From Kiritimatiellia bacterium (GTDB taxonomy: Bacteria > Verrucomicrobiota > Kiritimatiellia > RFP12 > DVOR01), in contig JAVBLT010000001.1 of the NCBI GenBank assembly GCA_031553315.1, positions 4,139 through 68,138 of the forward strand: a stretch of 64,000 nt of DNA, given 5' to 3'. Position numbers and translations under genes: made by a program. Positions 50,292-60,051 of this stretch are shown piece after piece (the first letter of the stretch is position 1; each line of letters opens with the position of its first letter). Below the pieces are notes generated by a model. That model was given only the letters and a program-made list of their open reading frames with translations. It had not been told where the DNA came from and made no database searches.

Positions 50292-50747
50292 ATGAAATCA
50301 TACAACACCATGCTTGAAGACGCCGTCGTCGTCAGCGACCTCAAAGCCACCGACATGTTTGGCGCCATCGCCGAATTGACCGATGCCCTCGTTGAAAACG
50401 GCAAGCTCTCCACCGAAAGCCGCGAAGCCGCCCAGCAAGCCGTCGTCCGCCGCGAAATGAGCGCAACCACCGTCATGACCGACGAAATCGCCCTGCCCCA
50501 CGGCCGCACCGACGCCGTCGACACCCTCATCTGCGCCGTCGGCGTCAGCAAACAAGGCTTCAACGGCGAAGCCCCCGATGAAAAGCTCACCCGCATCGTC
50601 GTCATGCTCCTCATCCCCCCCAATTCAGGCGTCGGCTACATCCAGTTTCTCGCCAACCTCAGCCGCGTGCTCATGGAACCGCGCAACCGCGAAACCATCG
50701 TCAGCGCACCCACCCGCGAAGCCGTCCTCACCGCAATGACCGTCTAG
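50292..50747 (+). CDS. ptsN: PTS EIIA type-2 domain protein (PtsN/EIIA-Ntr-like regulator)
   Basis: 151 aa; active-site His in IALPHGRTD; no other PTS component nearby, which fits a regulatory EIIA-Ntr. Confidence 0.65.
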   Translation: MKSYNTMLEDAVVVSDLKATDMFGAIAELTDALVENGKLSTESREAAQQAVVRREMSATTVMTDEIALPHGRTDAVDTLICAVGVSKQGFNGEAPDEKLTRIVVMLLIPPNSGVGYIQFLANLSRVLMEPRNRETIVSAPTREAVLTAMTV

Positions 50748-50760
50748 CAAGGATAGCCCC

Positions 50761-53700
50761 ATGTTCAAGCCCGTCTCAAACAAGCCCGACTTCCCCGCCA
50801 ACGAAGAAGCCATCCTCGCCCAGTGGCAGGAAGAACAAACCTTCAAACAAAGCCTTGAACAGCGCAAAGACGCCCCCCCCTTCGTCTTCTACGACGGCCC
50901 CCCCTTCGCCACCGGCCTCCCCCACTACGGCCACCTCCTCGCCGGCACCATCAAAGACATCGTCCCCCGCTACCAGACCATGCGCGGCCGCTACGTGGAG
51001 CGCCGCTTCGGCTGGGATTGCCACGGCCTGCCCATCGAAGCCCTCGCCCAAGAAGCCCTCGGCGTGAGCGGAGCCTACGAAATCCGCAACCTCGGCATCG
51101 CCGCCTTCAACGAACAATGCCGATCCATGGTCCAGCGCTACGTCGCCGAATGGGAAAAAACCGTCACCCGCATGGGGCGGTGGGTCGACTTCGAAAACGA
51201 CTACAAAACCATGGATCCCACCTTCATGGAAACCATCTGGTGGGTCTTCAAACGCATCTTCGACCAGGGCCGCGTCTACAAATCCCACCGCATCATGCCC
51301 TACAGCTGGAAACTCTCCACCCCCCTCTCCAACTTCGAAGCCGGCAACAATTATAAAGACGTCCAAGACCCCGCCGTCACCGTCCGCTGCCGCCTCAAAG
51401 CCCCCGACCCCGCCTGGGGCGAAGAAACCCACCTCCTCATCTGGACCACCACCCCCTGGACCCTCCTCACCAACTTCGCCATCTGCGCCGGCCCCGACAT
51501 CGACTACGTCGCCCTTCGCGACCTCAAAGAAAGCCGCACCTACATCCTCGCCCAGGCCCGCGTGTGCGCCTACTACAAAAACCCCGAAGAATACCAGATC
51601 CTCCAGACCTTCAAAGGCAGCCGCCTCAAAAGCCTCGCCTACGAACCCATCTTCCCCTGCTACGCCGGCAAACCCAACGCCTTCGTCGTCGCCACCGACG
51701 ACTACGTCACCACCACCGACGGCACCGGCCTCGTCCACAACTCCCCCGCCTACGGCGAAGACGACTTCCGCGTCTGCCAAGCCCTCGGCATCACCCTCGA
51801 AGACCCCATGGACGAATCCTGCGCCTTCACCGCCCCCGCCCCCGAAGAATACCGCGGCCGCTTCTGCAAAGACTGCGACAAAGACATCATCAAAGCCCTC
51901 AAAGCCACCGGCAAACTCGTCCACCAAACCACCATCGTCCACTCCTACCCCTTCTGCGACCGCACCGACACCCCCCTCATCTACCGCGCCATCGACGCCT
52001 GGTACATCCGCATCGAAGACATCCGCCACCGCCTCCTCGCCGCCAACGCCACCACCCGCTGGATGCCCGAATACGTCGGCGAAAAACGCTTCGAAAACTG
52101 GCTCAAAGACGCCAAAGACTGGAACATCTCCCGCAACCGCTTCTGGGGCTCCTGCATCCCCATCTGGGTCAACGAAACCGACCCCACCGACCTCATCTGC
52201 ATCGGCTCCATCGCCGAGCTCGAAACCCTCAGCGGCCAAAAAGTCACCGACCTGCACAAACACAACATCGACCCCATCCTCATCCAAAAAGACGGCAAAA
52301 CCTACCGCCGCACCCCCGAAGTCCTCGATTGCTGGTTCGAATCCGGCGCCATGCCCTACGCCCAGCGCCACTACCCCTTCAGCGGCACCGGCACAGAAGC
52401 CGACTTCTTCCCCGCCCACTTCATCGCCGAAGGCCTCGACCAGACCCGCGGCTGGTTCTACACCCTCCTCGTGCTCGGCACCCTCCTCTTCGACCAATCC
52501 CCCTACCGCAACGTCGTCGTCAACGGCCTCATCCTCGCCGAAGACGGCAAAAAAATGAGCAAACGCCTCAAAAACTACCCCGACCCCATCCACGTCATCA
52601 ACACCTACGGCGCCGACGCCCTCCGCCTCTACATGGTCCACTCCCCCGTCGTCCGAGCCGAAAACCTCCGCTTCAGCGAAAGCGGCGTCAAACAGCTCCT
52701 CCGCGACCTCCTCATCCCCTGGTGGAACGCCTACAGCTTCTTCGTCACCTACGCCAACGTCGACGGCTTCGAAGAACCCCAAGTCACCGTCCCCGACAGC
52801 CCCAACGACCTCGACCGCTGGATCGTCAGCTCCATCGAAACCCTCATCCAAGACGTCACCGCCGCCATGGATTCCTACGACCTCCAGCGCGCCGTCCGCC
52901 CCTTCGTCGCCTGCGTCGAAGACCTCACCAACTGGTACATCCGCCGCTCCCGCCGCCGCTTCTGGAAAACCAAAGACGACGCCGACAAACGCCACGCCTA
53001 CCGCACCCTCCGCTACATCCTCGTACAGCTCGCCAAAGTCGCCGCCCCCTTCACCCCCTTCATCAGCGACACCATCTACCGCAACCTCAAAGGCCCCGGC
53101 GATCCCCCCTCCGTCCACCACAGCCCCTTCCCCACCCCCAACGCCGCCGCCCGCGACCGCGACCTCGAAACCCGCATGGCCCTCGTCCAGCAAGTCGTCA
53201 AACAAGGCCGCCAGCTCCGCACCGAAAACGACCTCAAAACCCGCCAGCCCCTCCCCGCCCTACACATCGTCAGCGCCAACCCCGAAATCCGCCGCATGCT
53301 CACCGGCTTCGAAGCCACCATCTGCGAAGAGCTCAACGTCAAAGAAATCCGCTACGGCGCCGACGAAACCACCCTCGCCACCCTCACCGTAAAGGCCGAC
53401 TTCCGCAAACTCGGCCCCCGCTTCGGCGCCAACATGAAACACATCGCCGAGCTCATCACCCGCCTCACCCAGCAGCAAGCCTCCCACCTCGCCGCCGGCG
53501 CCCCCATCGACCTCACCCTCGACGGCGAACCCATCACCCTCACCGCCGCCGACATCACCCTCCAGCGCACCCCCCACCACGGCCTCGTCGTCTCCACCGG
53601 CGGCGACCTCCTCACCGCCCTCGAGACCGACCTCACCCCCGCCCTCATCCACGAAGGCCTCGCCCGCGAAACCGTCAGCCGCATCCAAGCCCTCCGCAAA

Positions 53701-53901
53701 GACGCCGACCTCGCCGTCACCCAGCGCATCGCCCTCACCCTCCAGACCGACCCCGAGCTCCAGACCGCCCTCCAAACCTGGCGCGCCTACCTCCTCGAAG
53801 AAACCCAGGCCGACACCCTCCTCTTCGCCCCCACCGAAGCCCCCCCCCTCGACATCAACGGCCACCCCTGCGCCATCCAAATCGACCCCATCGCCGGGTA
53901 A
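50761..53901 (+). CDS. ileS: isoleucyl-tRNA synthetase (type 2, eukaryote/archaea-like form)
   Basis: 1046 aa; HIGH (PHYGHLL), KMSKS (KMSKRLKN), CP1 editing domain, no C-terminal Zn-finger extension. Confidence 0.9.
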   Translation: MFKPVSNKPDFPANEEAILAQWQEEQTFKQSLEQRKDAPPFVFYDGPPFATGLPHYGHLLAGTIKDIVPRYQTMRGRYVERRFGWDCHGLPIEALAQEALGVSGAYEIRNLGIAAFNEQCRSMVQRYVAEWEKTVTRMGRWVDFENDYKTMDPTFMETIWWVFKRIFDQGRVYKSHRIMPYSWKLSTPLSNFEAGNNYKDVQDPAVTVRCRLKAPDPAWGEETHLLIWTTTPWTLLTNFAICAGPDIDYVALRDLKESRTYILAQARVCAYYKNPEEYQILQTFKGSRLKSLAYEPIFPCYAGKPNAFVVATDDYVTTTDGTGLVHNSPAYGEDDFRVCQALGITLEDPMDESCAFTAPAPEEYRGRFCKDCDKDIIKALKATGKLVHQTTIVHSYPFCDRTDTPLIYRAIDAWYIRIEDIRHRLLAANATTRWMPEYVGEKRFENWLKDAKDWNISRNRFWGSCIPIWVNETDPTDLICIGSIAELETLSGQKVTDLHKHNIDPILIQKDGKTYRRTPEVLDCWFESGAMPYAQRHYPFSGTGTEADFFPAHFIAEGLDQTRGWFYTLLVLGTLLFDQSPYRNVVVNGLILAEDGKKMSKRLKNYPDPIHVINTYGADALRLYMVHSPVVRAENLRFSESGVKQLLRDLLIPWWNAYSFFVTYANVDGFEEPQVTVPDSPNDLDRWIVSSIETLIQDVTAAMDSYDLQRAVRPFVACVEDLTNWYIRRSRRRFWKTKDDADKRHAYRTLRYILVQLAKVAAPFTPFISDTIYRNLKGPGDPPSVHHSPFPTPNAAARDRDLETRMALVQQVVKQGRQLRTENDLKTRQPLPALHIVSANPEIRRMLTGFEATICEELNVKEIRYGADETTLATLTVKADFRKLGPRFGANMKHIAELITRLTQQQASHLAAGAPIDLTLDGEPITLTAADITLQRTPHHGLVVSTGGDLLTALETDLTPALIHEGLARETVSRIQALRKDADLAVTQRIALTLQTDPELQTALQTWRAYLLEETQADTLLFAPTEAPPLDINGHPCAIQIDPIAG

Positions 53902-53961
53902 TCCGCTCCAAACAGAAAAGTGGTTTTGTGATATTCTGGTGCGAAATGAAAGGGTTTCTCC

Positions 53962-54206
53962 ATGCCGGAATGCAAAAACCGTAAATGCGGACGCCTCATC
54001 AAAAGTGAATTCACACGAGGAAAGCAACCGTATCACTGCTTGGAATCCGGTTATCATTTTGTTGCCGGCGAGGCCGGACCCATGAAAAAATCGCGGCTCG
54101 AAAAGCGATGTGCGTGTTGCTTTACACGCAGGGCAAAGCCTCCTTCACCATGATTGCCAAACGCTTTGATATGCGGCAAAAACAAGCACTTGCCATCTGT
54201 AGGTGA
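53962..54206 (+). pseudogene. remnant of a transposase N-terminal DNA-binding region (Zn-ribbon CxxRxCG..YHC plus HTH), frameshifted
   Basis: MPECKNRKCGRLIKSEFTRGKQPYHCLESGYHF (zinc ribbon), then RLEKRCAC with a frameshift into VLLYTQGKASFTMIAKRFDMRQKQ (HTH-like); low-GC; abuts ssrA. Confidence 0.3.
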
Positions 54207-54305
54207 AAACTCTCAAATTTACCCAAATCCGGCATGGAAAGATATGGGGCCTGAAAAAGAAAAAGTCGCTATTGCTTTCACAATAACGACTTATCATTTT
54301 GAGAT

Positions 54306-54660
54306 TGGTGGAGGCGGGGGGAGTTGAACCCCCGTCCGAAACAGCGTTATTCCAGCCTCTACGTGCGTGTTTCACCTTCAGTTCTCGCCGCGGGGAATGC
54401 CGGTGAACGGGCTCACCCCGCGGCCAGAAGCCACGATTCGTCAAGACTCGGACGCCCGGCTACCCGGCCTCCGGCAGGATCTGCTAGTCGTCGCGTTCCC
54501 GCTCAGCAGACATCGGCGGTTCAGCGTCGGGGCCTAATTAGGCCGCGAGGGCGAAGTTATCGTTCGCAGTTGTGTTGTTGATGGATGTTTTACGGGGCCA
54601 ACCATCATCCCCGGCACGCAACCAAAACTCCGACATGCCCCGTCGAAACCGGTCGCCCCC
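54306..54660 (-). ncRNA. ssrA: tmRNA (ssrA); encoded tag peptide ANDNFALAA
   Basis: 5' end GGGGGCGACCGGTTTCGACGGGG, 3' tRNA-like end GGACGGGGGTTCAACTCCCCCCGCCTCCACCA, tag ORF GCG AAC GAT AAC TTC GCC CTC GCG GCC TAA. Confidence 0.9.
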
Positions 54661-54722
54661 TTAAATAAGGAACGGCGTCACTCTATCACATCTGGCGCGC
54701 TTGGGCAAGCCCAAAGCAACGG

Positions 54723-54751
54723 TTGACCTTTCGGGGCGGGCGTGGTATCAT
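54723..54751 (+). promoter_or_regulatory. sigma70-like promoter for htpG (TTGACC-17 nt-TATCAT), preceded by the palindrome TTGGGCAAGCCCAA at 54701-54714
   Basis: hexamers 43 nt before ATG; perfect 6+2+6 inverted repeat just upstream of the -35. Confidence 0.4.
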
Positions 54752-54794
54752 TTTTCCCATTATTTTTCAGCCCGATACCGATAGGAGAAAAACC

Positions 54795-56663
54795 ATGGCT
54801 CAAACACACGAATTCAAAGCGGAAATCAAACAGGTCCTCGACCTTGTGATCCATTCTCTTTACTCAAAGAAGGAAATCTTCCTCCGTGAACTGATTTCCA
54901 ACGCCTCCGACGCCATCGACCGCGCGCAGTATCTCGGCCTCACGGAGGCGGAGGTGGTGGCGGATAATCCGGTCTGGGGGATCTCGCTCATCGCCGATAA
55001 AACGGCTCGCACGCTGACCGTCGCCGATAATGGCATCGGGATGACGCCGGAGGAATTGGAGGATTCGCTCGGCACCATCGCCAAGTCGGGCACGAAGGCT
55101 TTCATGGAGGCGCTCAAGGGCAAGGACGGCGCCAATGCGCCTGAGCTTATCGGTCAATTCGGCGTGGGTTTTTACGCGGCGTTTATGGTCGCCGATTCCG
55201 TCACCGTGGAAACGCTTCGCCGCGGCAAGGGCCAGAAGGCCGTGCGCTGGTTCTCCACGGGCGACGGCACTTATTCCATCGACGACGGCTCGCAGGCAAC
55301 CCCCGGCACGACCATCACGCTGCACCTGCGCGAAGAGATGGACAATTTCACTGCGGAGTGGACGCTCAAGGATCTTGTGAAGCGCTACTCCGATTTCATC
55401 GCCTACCCCATTCTTCTCGGCCAGGACGGCAAGCCGCCCGCCGCCGACGCTCAGCCGATCAACACCATGCGCGCCATCTGGAAGCGCTCCAAGAGCGAAA
55501 TCACCCCCGAAGAATACACTACCTTCTACAAGCACATCGCCCATGAGGTGAAAGACCCGCTCAAGGTGTTGCACATTTCGGCCGAAGGCGTGCTCGAATA
55601 CAAGGCCATTCTTTTCATTCCGCAGGACGGCGGCATGGATCTGATGATGCCCGGCCCCAGGCGCGGCATCAACCTCTATGTGAAAAACGTGTTTATCGGC
55701 AACGACTTCGAGGAGCTCATGCCCTCTTACCTGCGCTTCATCAAGGGCGTGGTCGATTCGAGCGACCTCCCGCTCAACGTCTCGCGCGAAATGCTCCAAG
55801 ACGACCTCGTGATCCGCAAGATCCGCACCGATCTCACCAACCGCGTGCTCAAAGCGCTCGCCGAAATGGCCAAGGACAAACCCGAGGATTACGCCGCCTT
55901 CTACAAAGCCCTCGGCGCCATCCTCAAAGAAGGCCTCCACGCCGACTGGGAAAACAAGGACAAGCTCAAGGAGCTCCTCCGCTACCCCTCCATGAAAACC
56001 GAAAGCGGCGAACCCATCAGCCTCAAAACCTACCGCGAAGCCATGCCCGAAGGCCAGAAAGCCATCTACTACATCGTGGCCGATTCCCTCCAGACCGCCC
56101 GCCACTCTCCCTACCTCGAAACCTTCCGCAAACGCGGCTTCGACGTGCTCTTCATGGCGGATCCCGTGGATGAATGGATCGCCGATTCCCTCGGCGAGTT
56201 CGACAAGATTCCCATTCAATCCATCGCCGCCGCCGACCTCGACCTCGGCGAGCCCGAAGCCGAAAAGGAAGCCGAAAAGAAGGCGCTCGATGAAGCCGCC
56301 GACGGTTTCAAGGCGCTCACTGGCGCGATCCAGACCCGCCTCGCGGCCGATGTGAGCGAAGTCCGCGTCTCCTCCCGCCTGGTGGATTCCCCCTGCATCC
56401 TCGTCGCCGCCAAAGACGCGCTCTCCCCCTCCATGGCCCGCATGATGCAGGCCATGGGCCAGAGCGTGCCCAAACAGCTGCGCGTGCTCGAAATCAACCC
56501 CCGGCACCCCCTCCTCGAAAAAATGAAGGCCGCCGCCGCCGCAGGCGAAGACCTCGCCGACGCAATCGACCTGCTCTACGGCCAGGCCCTCATCGCCGAA
56601 GGCTCGGAGCTGCCCGACCCCGGCCGCTTCGTGAAACTCGTCAGCACCCTCATGATGAAATAA
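54795..56663 (+). CDS. htpG: molecular chaperone HtpG (Hsp90)
   Basis: 622 aa; LRELISNASDAIDRAQY (Bergerat ATP lid), GQFGVGFYAAFMVAD, C-terminal dimerisation region. Confidence 0.9.
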   Translation: MAQTHEFKAEIKQVLDLVIHSLYSKKEIFLRELISNASDAIDRAQYLGLTEAEVVADNPVWGISLIADKTARTLTVADNGIGMTPEELEDSLGTIAKSGTKAFMEALKGKDGANAPELIGQFGVGFYAAFMVADSVTVETLRRGKGQKAVRWFSTGDGTYSIDDGSQATPGTTITLHLREEMDNFTAEWTLKDLVKRYSDFIAYPILLGQDGKPPAADAQPINTMRAIWKRSKSEITPEEYTTFYKHIAHEVKDPLKVLHISAEGVLEYKAILFIPQDGGMDLMMPGPRRGINLYVKNVFIGNDFEELMPSYLRFIKGVVDSSDLPLNVSREMLQDDLVIRKIRTDLTNRVLKALAEMAKDKPEDYAAFYKALGAILKEGLHADWENKDKLKELLRYPSMKTESGEPISLKTYREAMPEGQKAIYYIVADSLQTARHSPYLETFRKRGFDVLFMADPVDEWIADSLGEFDKIPIQSIAAADLDLGEPEAEKEAEKKALDEAADGFKALTGAIQTRLAADVSEVRVSSRLVDSPCILVAAKDALSPSMARMMQAMGQSVPKQLRVLEINPRHPLLEKMKAAAAAGEDLADAIDLLYGQALIAEGSELPDPGRFVKLVSTLMMK

Positions 56664-56674
56664 GGGCGTTTCCC

Positions 56675-57223
56675 ATGGCTAAAAACATCCTCATCCTCAC
56701 CGGCAGCCCCCGCAAGGGCGGCAACACCGACCTGCTGGCCGACGCCTTCGCCAAAGGCGCCGCCGCCGCAGGCCACACCGTGGCCCGGTTCGATTCGGGC
56801 CGCGCCCGAATCGGCGGCTGTGTAGACTGCAAGACCTGTTTCAGCAACGAGGGCAAGGCCTGTTCGTTTGACGACGACTTCAACGCCCTCGCCCCCCTCA
56901 TTGCCCAGGCCGATGCGATCGTCTTCGCCGCCCCGCTCTACTTCTTCACCTTTCCCGCCCAGATCAAGGCCGCCATCGACAAACTCTACGCCTTCTTCGT
57001 AGCCGGAAAACCGCTGAAGATCAAGGAAAGCGCCTTCATCGCCTGCGGCGAGACCGACGACCCCGCCCACTTCAAAGGCATGGTCGAAACCTACCAAATC
57101 ATGGCCGGATTCCTCGGCTGGGCCGACAAAGGCCGGATCATCGCAACCGGCGTCCACACGAAAGGCGACGTGCTCGGCACACCCTTCCTTCAGCAGGCCG
57201 AAGCGCTCGGAAGCGCACTTTAA
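56675..57223 (+). CDS. flavodoxin-fold NADPH-dependent FMN reductase / iron-sulfur flavoprotein-like
   Basis: 182 aa; ILILTGSPRKGGNT FMN-binding start, compact Cys cluster CVDCKTCFSNEGKAC. Confidence 0.65.
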   Translation: MAKNILILTGSPRKGGNTDLLADAFAKGAAAAGHTVARFDSGRARIGGCVDCKTCFSNEGKACSFDDDFNALAPLIAQADAIVFAAPLYFFTFPAQIKAAIDKLYAFFVAGKPLKIKESAFIACGETDDPAHFKGMVETYQIMAGFLGWADKGRIIATGVHTKGDVLGTPFLQQAEALGSAL

Positions 57224-57233
57224 CGAACGCGCC

Positions 57234-57328
57234 TAGAGCAGGTTTAAATTGAAACTTCGTGATTTTTGCCGAATCCTTGAACGCGAGCCGTAGCAGCGTT
57301 GCCGAAGTTTCATTTTAAATATGCTCTA
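57234..57328. mobile_element. MITE copy D (95 bp)
   Basis: TAGAGCAGGTTTAAATTGAAAC ... GTTTCATTTTAAATATGCTCTA, a 22-bp inverted repeat pair. Confidence 0.5.
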
Positions 57329-57339
57329 TACACAAAAAA

Positions 57340-57381
57340 GCACAGATGCGCCCATGATCCGCATCTGTGCTTTTCTTTTTT
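57340..57381. terminator. intrinsic terminator (11-bp perfect stem plus T-run)
   Basis: GCACAGATGCG-cccatgatc-CGCATCTGTGC-TTTTCTTTTTT with an A-run upstream. Confidence 0.6.
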
Positions 57382-57426
57382 CCGCCAATCAGGTATCCTT
57401 AGTCCGTATCATGTTACAAAGGAGCT

Positions 57427-60051
57427 ATGATGAAACGTCTACTGAGCTGTGTTGTCCTCCTCTTCGCAAGCGGCCCCGCATTCGGTTATCCCGCGGTCGA
57501 AGGCCTCATCGGCCGCCTCCTGCCCGCCTATCAGGATCAGATCGTGTTGGAAGACAATCTCCCCCCCGCCCCCGGCGGGCGCGACGCCTTCATCATTTCC
57601 ACCGACGCCCGGGGCCGCCTCGTGCTCGGCGGCTCCAGCCCCGTGGCCCAGGCCTCCGCCCTCGGCTGGTACCTCCGCCACACAGCCGGTTGCGAAGTGA
57701 GCTGGGAAGGCACACAGCTCAACCTCCCCGAAAAGCTCCCCCCCCTCGCCCAGCCCATCCAAAAAACCACCCCCTACCGCTTCCGCCCCTACCTCAACTA
57801 CTGCACCCTCAGCTACTCCGCCCCCTTCTGGAACTGGCAACGCTGGGAGCGCGAGATCGACGTCATGGCCCTCAACGGCATCAACATGCCCCTCTCCCCC
57901 ATCGGCCTTGAAGGCGTGTGGTACAACATGCTCCGCCAATTCGCCTTCACCGATGCCGAAGCGCGCGAATTCCTCGTAGGCCCCGCCTTCTTCGCCTGGC
58001 AGTGGATGACCAACATCGAAGACTTCGCCGGCCCCCTCCCCAAAAACTGGATCGAGACCCACATCACCCTCGGCCAGCGCATCATGAAACGCCAGCTCGA
58101 TTTCGGCATGACCCCCATCCAGCAAGGCTTCACCGGCTTCGTACCCCTTAAAATGAAAGAAAAATTCCCCCAGGCCGCCATCAGACAGCAGCCCCCCTGG
58201 TGCGGAGCCTTCAAAGGCAGCGCCCAGATCGACCCCCTCGACCCCCTCTTCCCCAAGCTCGCCGCCGCCTTCTACGCCGAGCAGAAAAAACTCTTCGGCG
58301 CCCACGGCTACTACGGCGCCGACCCCTTCCACGAAAGCTCACCCCCCCAAGCCGGCGACGCCTACCTCACCGCCGTCGGCAAAATCATCTGCCAAGAAGC
58401 CCTCAAAGCCGACCCCGACGCCACCCTCTGCATGCAATCCTGGAGCCTCCGCACCCCCATCATGCGCGCCATCCCCAAAAACCACCTCCTCGTGCTCGAC
58501 ATCGGCGGCAAATGGGCCCGCTCAAACGCGTTCGACGGCTACCCCTTCACCATCGGCACCATCCACAACTTCGGCGGCCGCACCCGCCTCTTCGGCGATC
58601 TCGCCGGCCTTGCCCGCAACAGCTTCCTCAGCGCAAAAACCCAAAATCCCAACTGCATCGGCATGGGCCTCTTCCCCGAAGCCATCCAAAACAACCCCGT
58701 CTACTTCGGCATGATCTTCGACCTCATCTGGCGCGACACCCCCCTCGACATCGCCCAATGGATCCCCGCCTACACCGCCCGCCGCTACGGCACCCAAGAC
58801 CCCGCCATCGACCAAGCCTGGCGGCTCCTCCTCCAAAGCGTCTACAAACCCGGAACCGGCCGCGGCTCCTCGCTCATCTGCGCAAGCCCCGCCCTCAACA
58901 TACGCCAGGCAGACCCCAACGAAGGCTTCCGCATCGACTACAACCCCCTCACCCTCCTCAGCGCCTGGGAAACCCTCCTCAGCGCCAGCCCCAAAATCAA
59001 AAACGCCCCCGGCTACAGCTTCGACCTCGCCGACATCGGCCGCCAAGTCATGGCCGACACCCTCCTCGCCCTCCACTGCACCGTCGCCAACGCCTACCTC
59101 GACCAAAACCTCGCCGCCTACCGCCGCGCCGTCGAGACCTTTCACGCCTTCGCCCTCGATTTCGACGCGCTCATGAAAACCCAGCCCCTCTTCTCCTTCG
59201 AGAAATGGGTTCAGGATGCCCGCGCCTGGGGCGCCACCCCCGCCGAAAAAGACCTCTACGCCCTCAACGCCGCCCTCCAGATCACCCAATGGGGCGCCAA
59301 CGGCAACCACCGCCCCCGCATCTGCGAATACGCCTGGAAAGAATGGTCCGGCCTCATCCGCGACTACTACATCCCCCGCTGGGCCATCTTCCACAACGAG
59401 CTCGAAAAAAACCTCATCGCCGGCGCCCCCTGGCCCGATGAAGACAAAAACAAAATCAAAGACTGGGGCCGCACCGCCTACCGCACAACCCCCTTCATGA
59501 ACACCTTGGCCGACTTCGAAGACCCCTGGATCCGCTCCCCCCACATCTACCCCCCCCATCACCCCGGCGACACCCCCGCCGAAGCCGCCCGCATCCTCGC
59601 CAAATGGGGCAGCCACATCAAAGCCAGCCTCGCGACCAACCCCATCGACCAGATCCGCCGGATCCGCCAGCGCATCGCCGCGCGCGACACCACCGCCGAC
59701 CTCGGCGCCCCCGTCTTCACCTGGTCCAAAAAAGACTGCGCCCTCGGCTGGAAAACCTGGACTGTCGACATCACCCCCGCCATCATCCAAAACGGCCAAT
59801 ACGAAATCACCTTCCTCTACCAAAACGGCGGCGCCCGCCTCGACATCGCCGAAGCCACCCTCCTCCAAAACGGCCGCGAAATTTCCAAAGACGCCCACCC
59901 CGGATCCACCGGCGACATCAACACCGCCAACACCTACCTCCTGAGCCACACCGACCCCATCATCGGCGCCACCTTCACCCTCCAGGCCAAAGTCAAAACC
60001 CACGGCTCCACCAGCTCCAACGGCAAAATCTGGGTTCGCCTCCGCAAATAG
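57427..60051 (+). CDS. alpha-N-acetylglucosaminidase (GH89, NAGLU-like) with C-terminal F5/8-type C / CBM32-like domain
   Basis: 874 aa; signal peptide; YRFRPYLNYCTLSYSAPFWNWQRWEREIDVMALNGINMPL matches the GH89 N-terminal/TIM-barrel junction; stop TAG is the first triplet of MITE E. Confidence 0.8.
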   Translation: MMKRLLSCVVLLFASGPAFGYPAVEGLIGRLLPAYQDQIVLEDNLPPAPGGRDAFIISTDARGRLVLGGSSPVAQASALGWYLRHTAGCEVSWEGTQLNLPEKLPPLAQPIQKTTPYRFRPYLNYCTLSYSAPFWNWQRWEREIDVMALNGINMPLSPIGLEGVWYNMLRQFAFTDAEAREFLVGPAFFAWQWMTNIEDFAGPLPKNWIETHITLGQRIMKRQLDFGMTPIQQGFTGFVPLKMKEKFPQAAIRQQPPWCGAFKGSAQIDPLDPLFPKLAAAFYAEQKKLFGAHGYYGADPFHESSPPQAGDAYLTAVGKIICQEALKADPDATLCMQSWSLRTPIMRAIPKNHLLVLDIGGKWARSNAFDGYPFTIGTIHNFGGRTRLFGDLAGLARNSFLSAKTQNPNCIGMGLFPEAIQNNPVYFGMIFDLIWRDTPLDIAQWIPAYTARRYGTQDPAIDQAWRLLLQSVYKPGTGRGSSLICASPALNIRQADPNEGFRIDYNPLTLLSAWETLLSASPKIKNAPGYSFDLADIGRQVMADTLLALHCTVANAYLDQNLAAYRRAVETFHAFALDFDALMKTQPLFSFEKWVQDARAWGATPAEKDLYALNAALQITQWGANGNHRPRICEYAWKEWSGLIRDYYIPRWAIFHNELEKNLIAGAPWPDEDKNKIKDWGRTAYRTTPFMNTLADFEDPWIRSPHIYPPHHPGDTPAEAARILAKWGSHIKASLATNPIDQIRRIRQRIAARDTTADLGAPVFTWSKKDCALGWKTWTVDITPAIIQNGQYEITFLYQNGGARLDIAEATLLQNGREISKDAHPGSTGDINTANTYLLSHTDPIIGATFTLQAKVKTHGSTSSNGKIWVRLRK

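Noticed and set aside
51564-53984. 806-aa plus-strand Arg/Pro/His-rich ORF and 809-aa minus ORF overlapping ileS
   Set aside because: Alternative frames of ileS, whose own frame carries HIGH/KMSKS. These ORFs are low-complexity.
54145-54581. Small ORFs (99 aa minus, 85 aa plus) between ileS and htpG
   Set aside because: They overlap the tmRNA gene, and the sequence is fully explained by ssrA.
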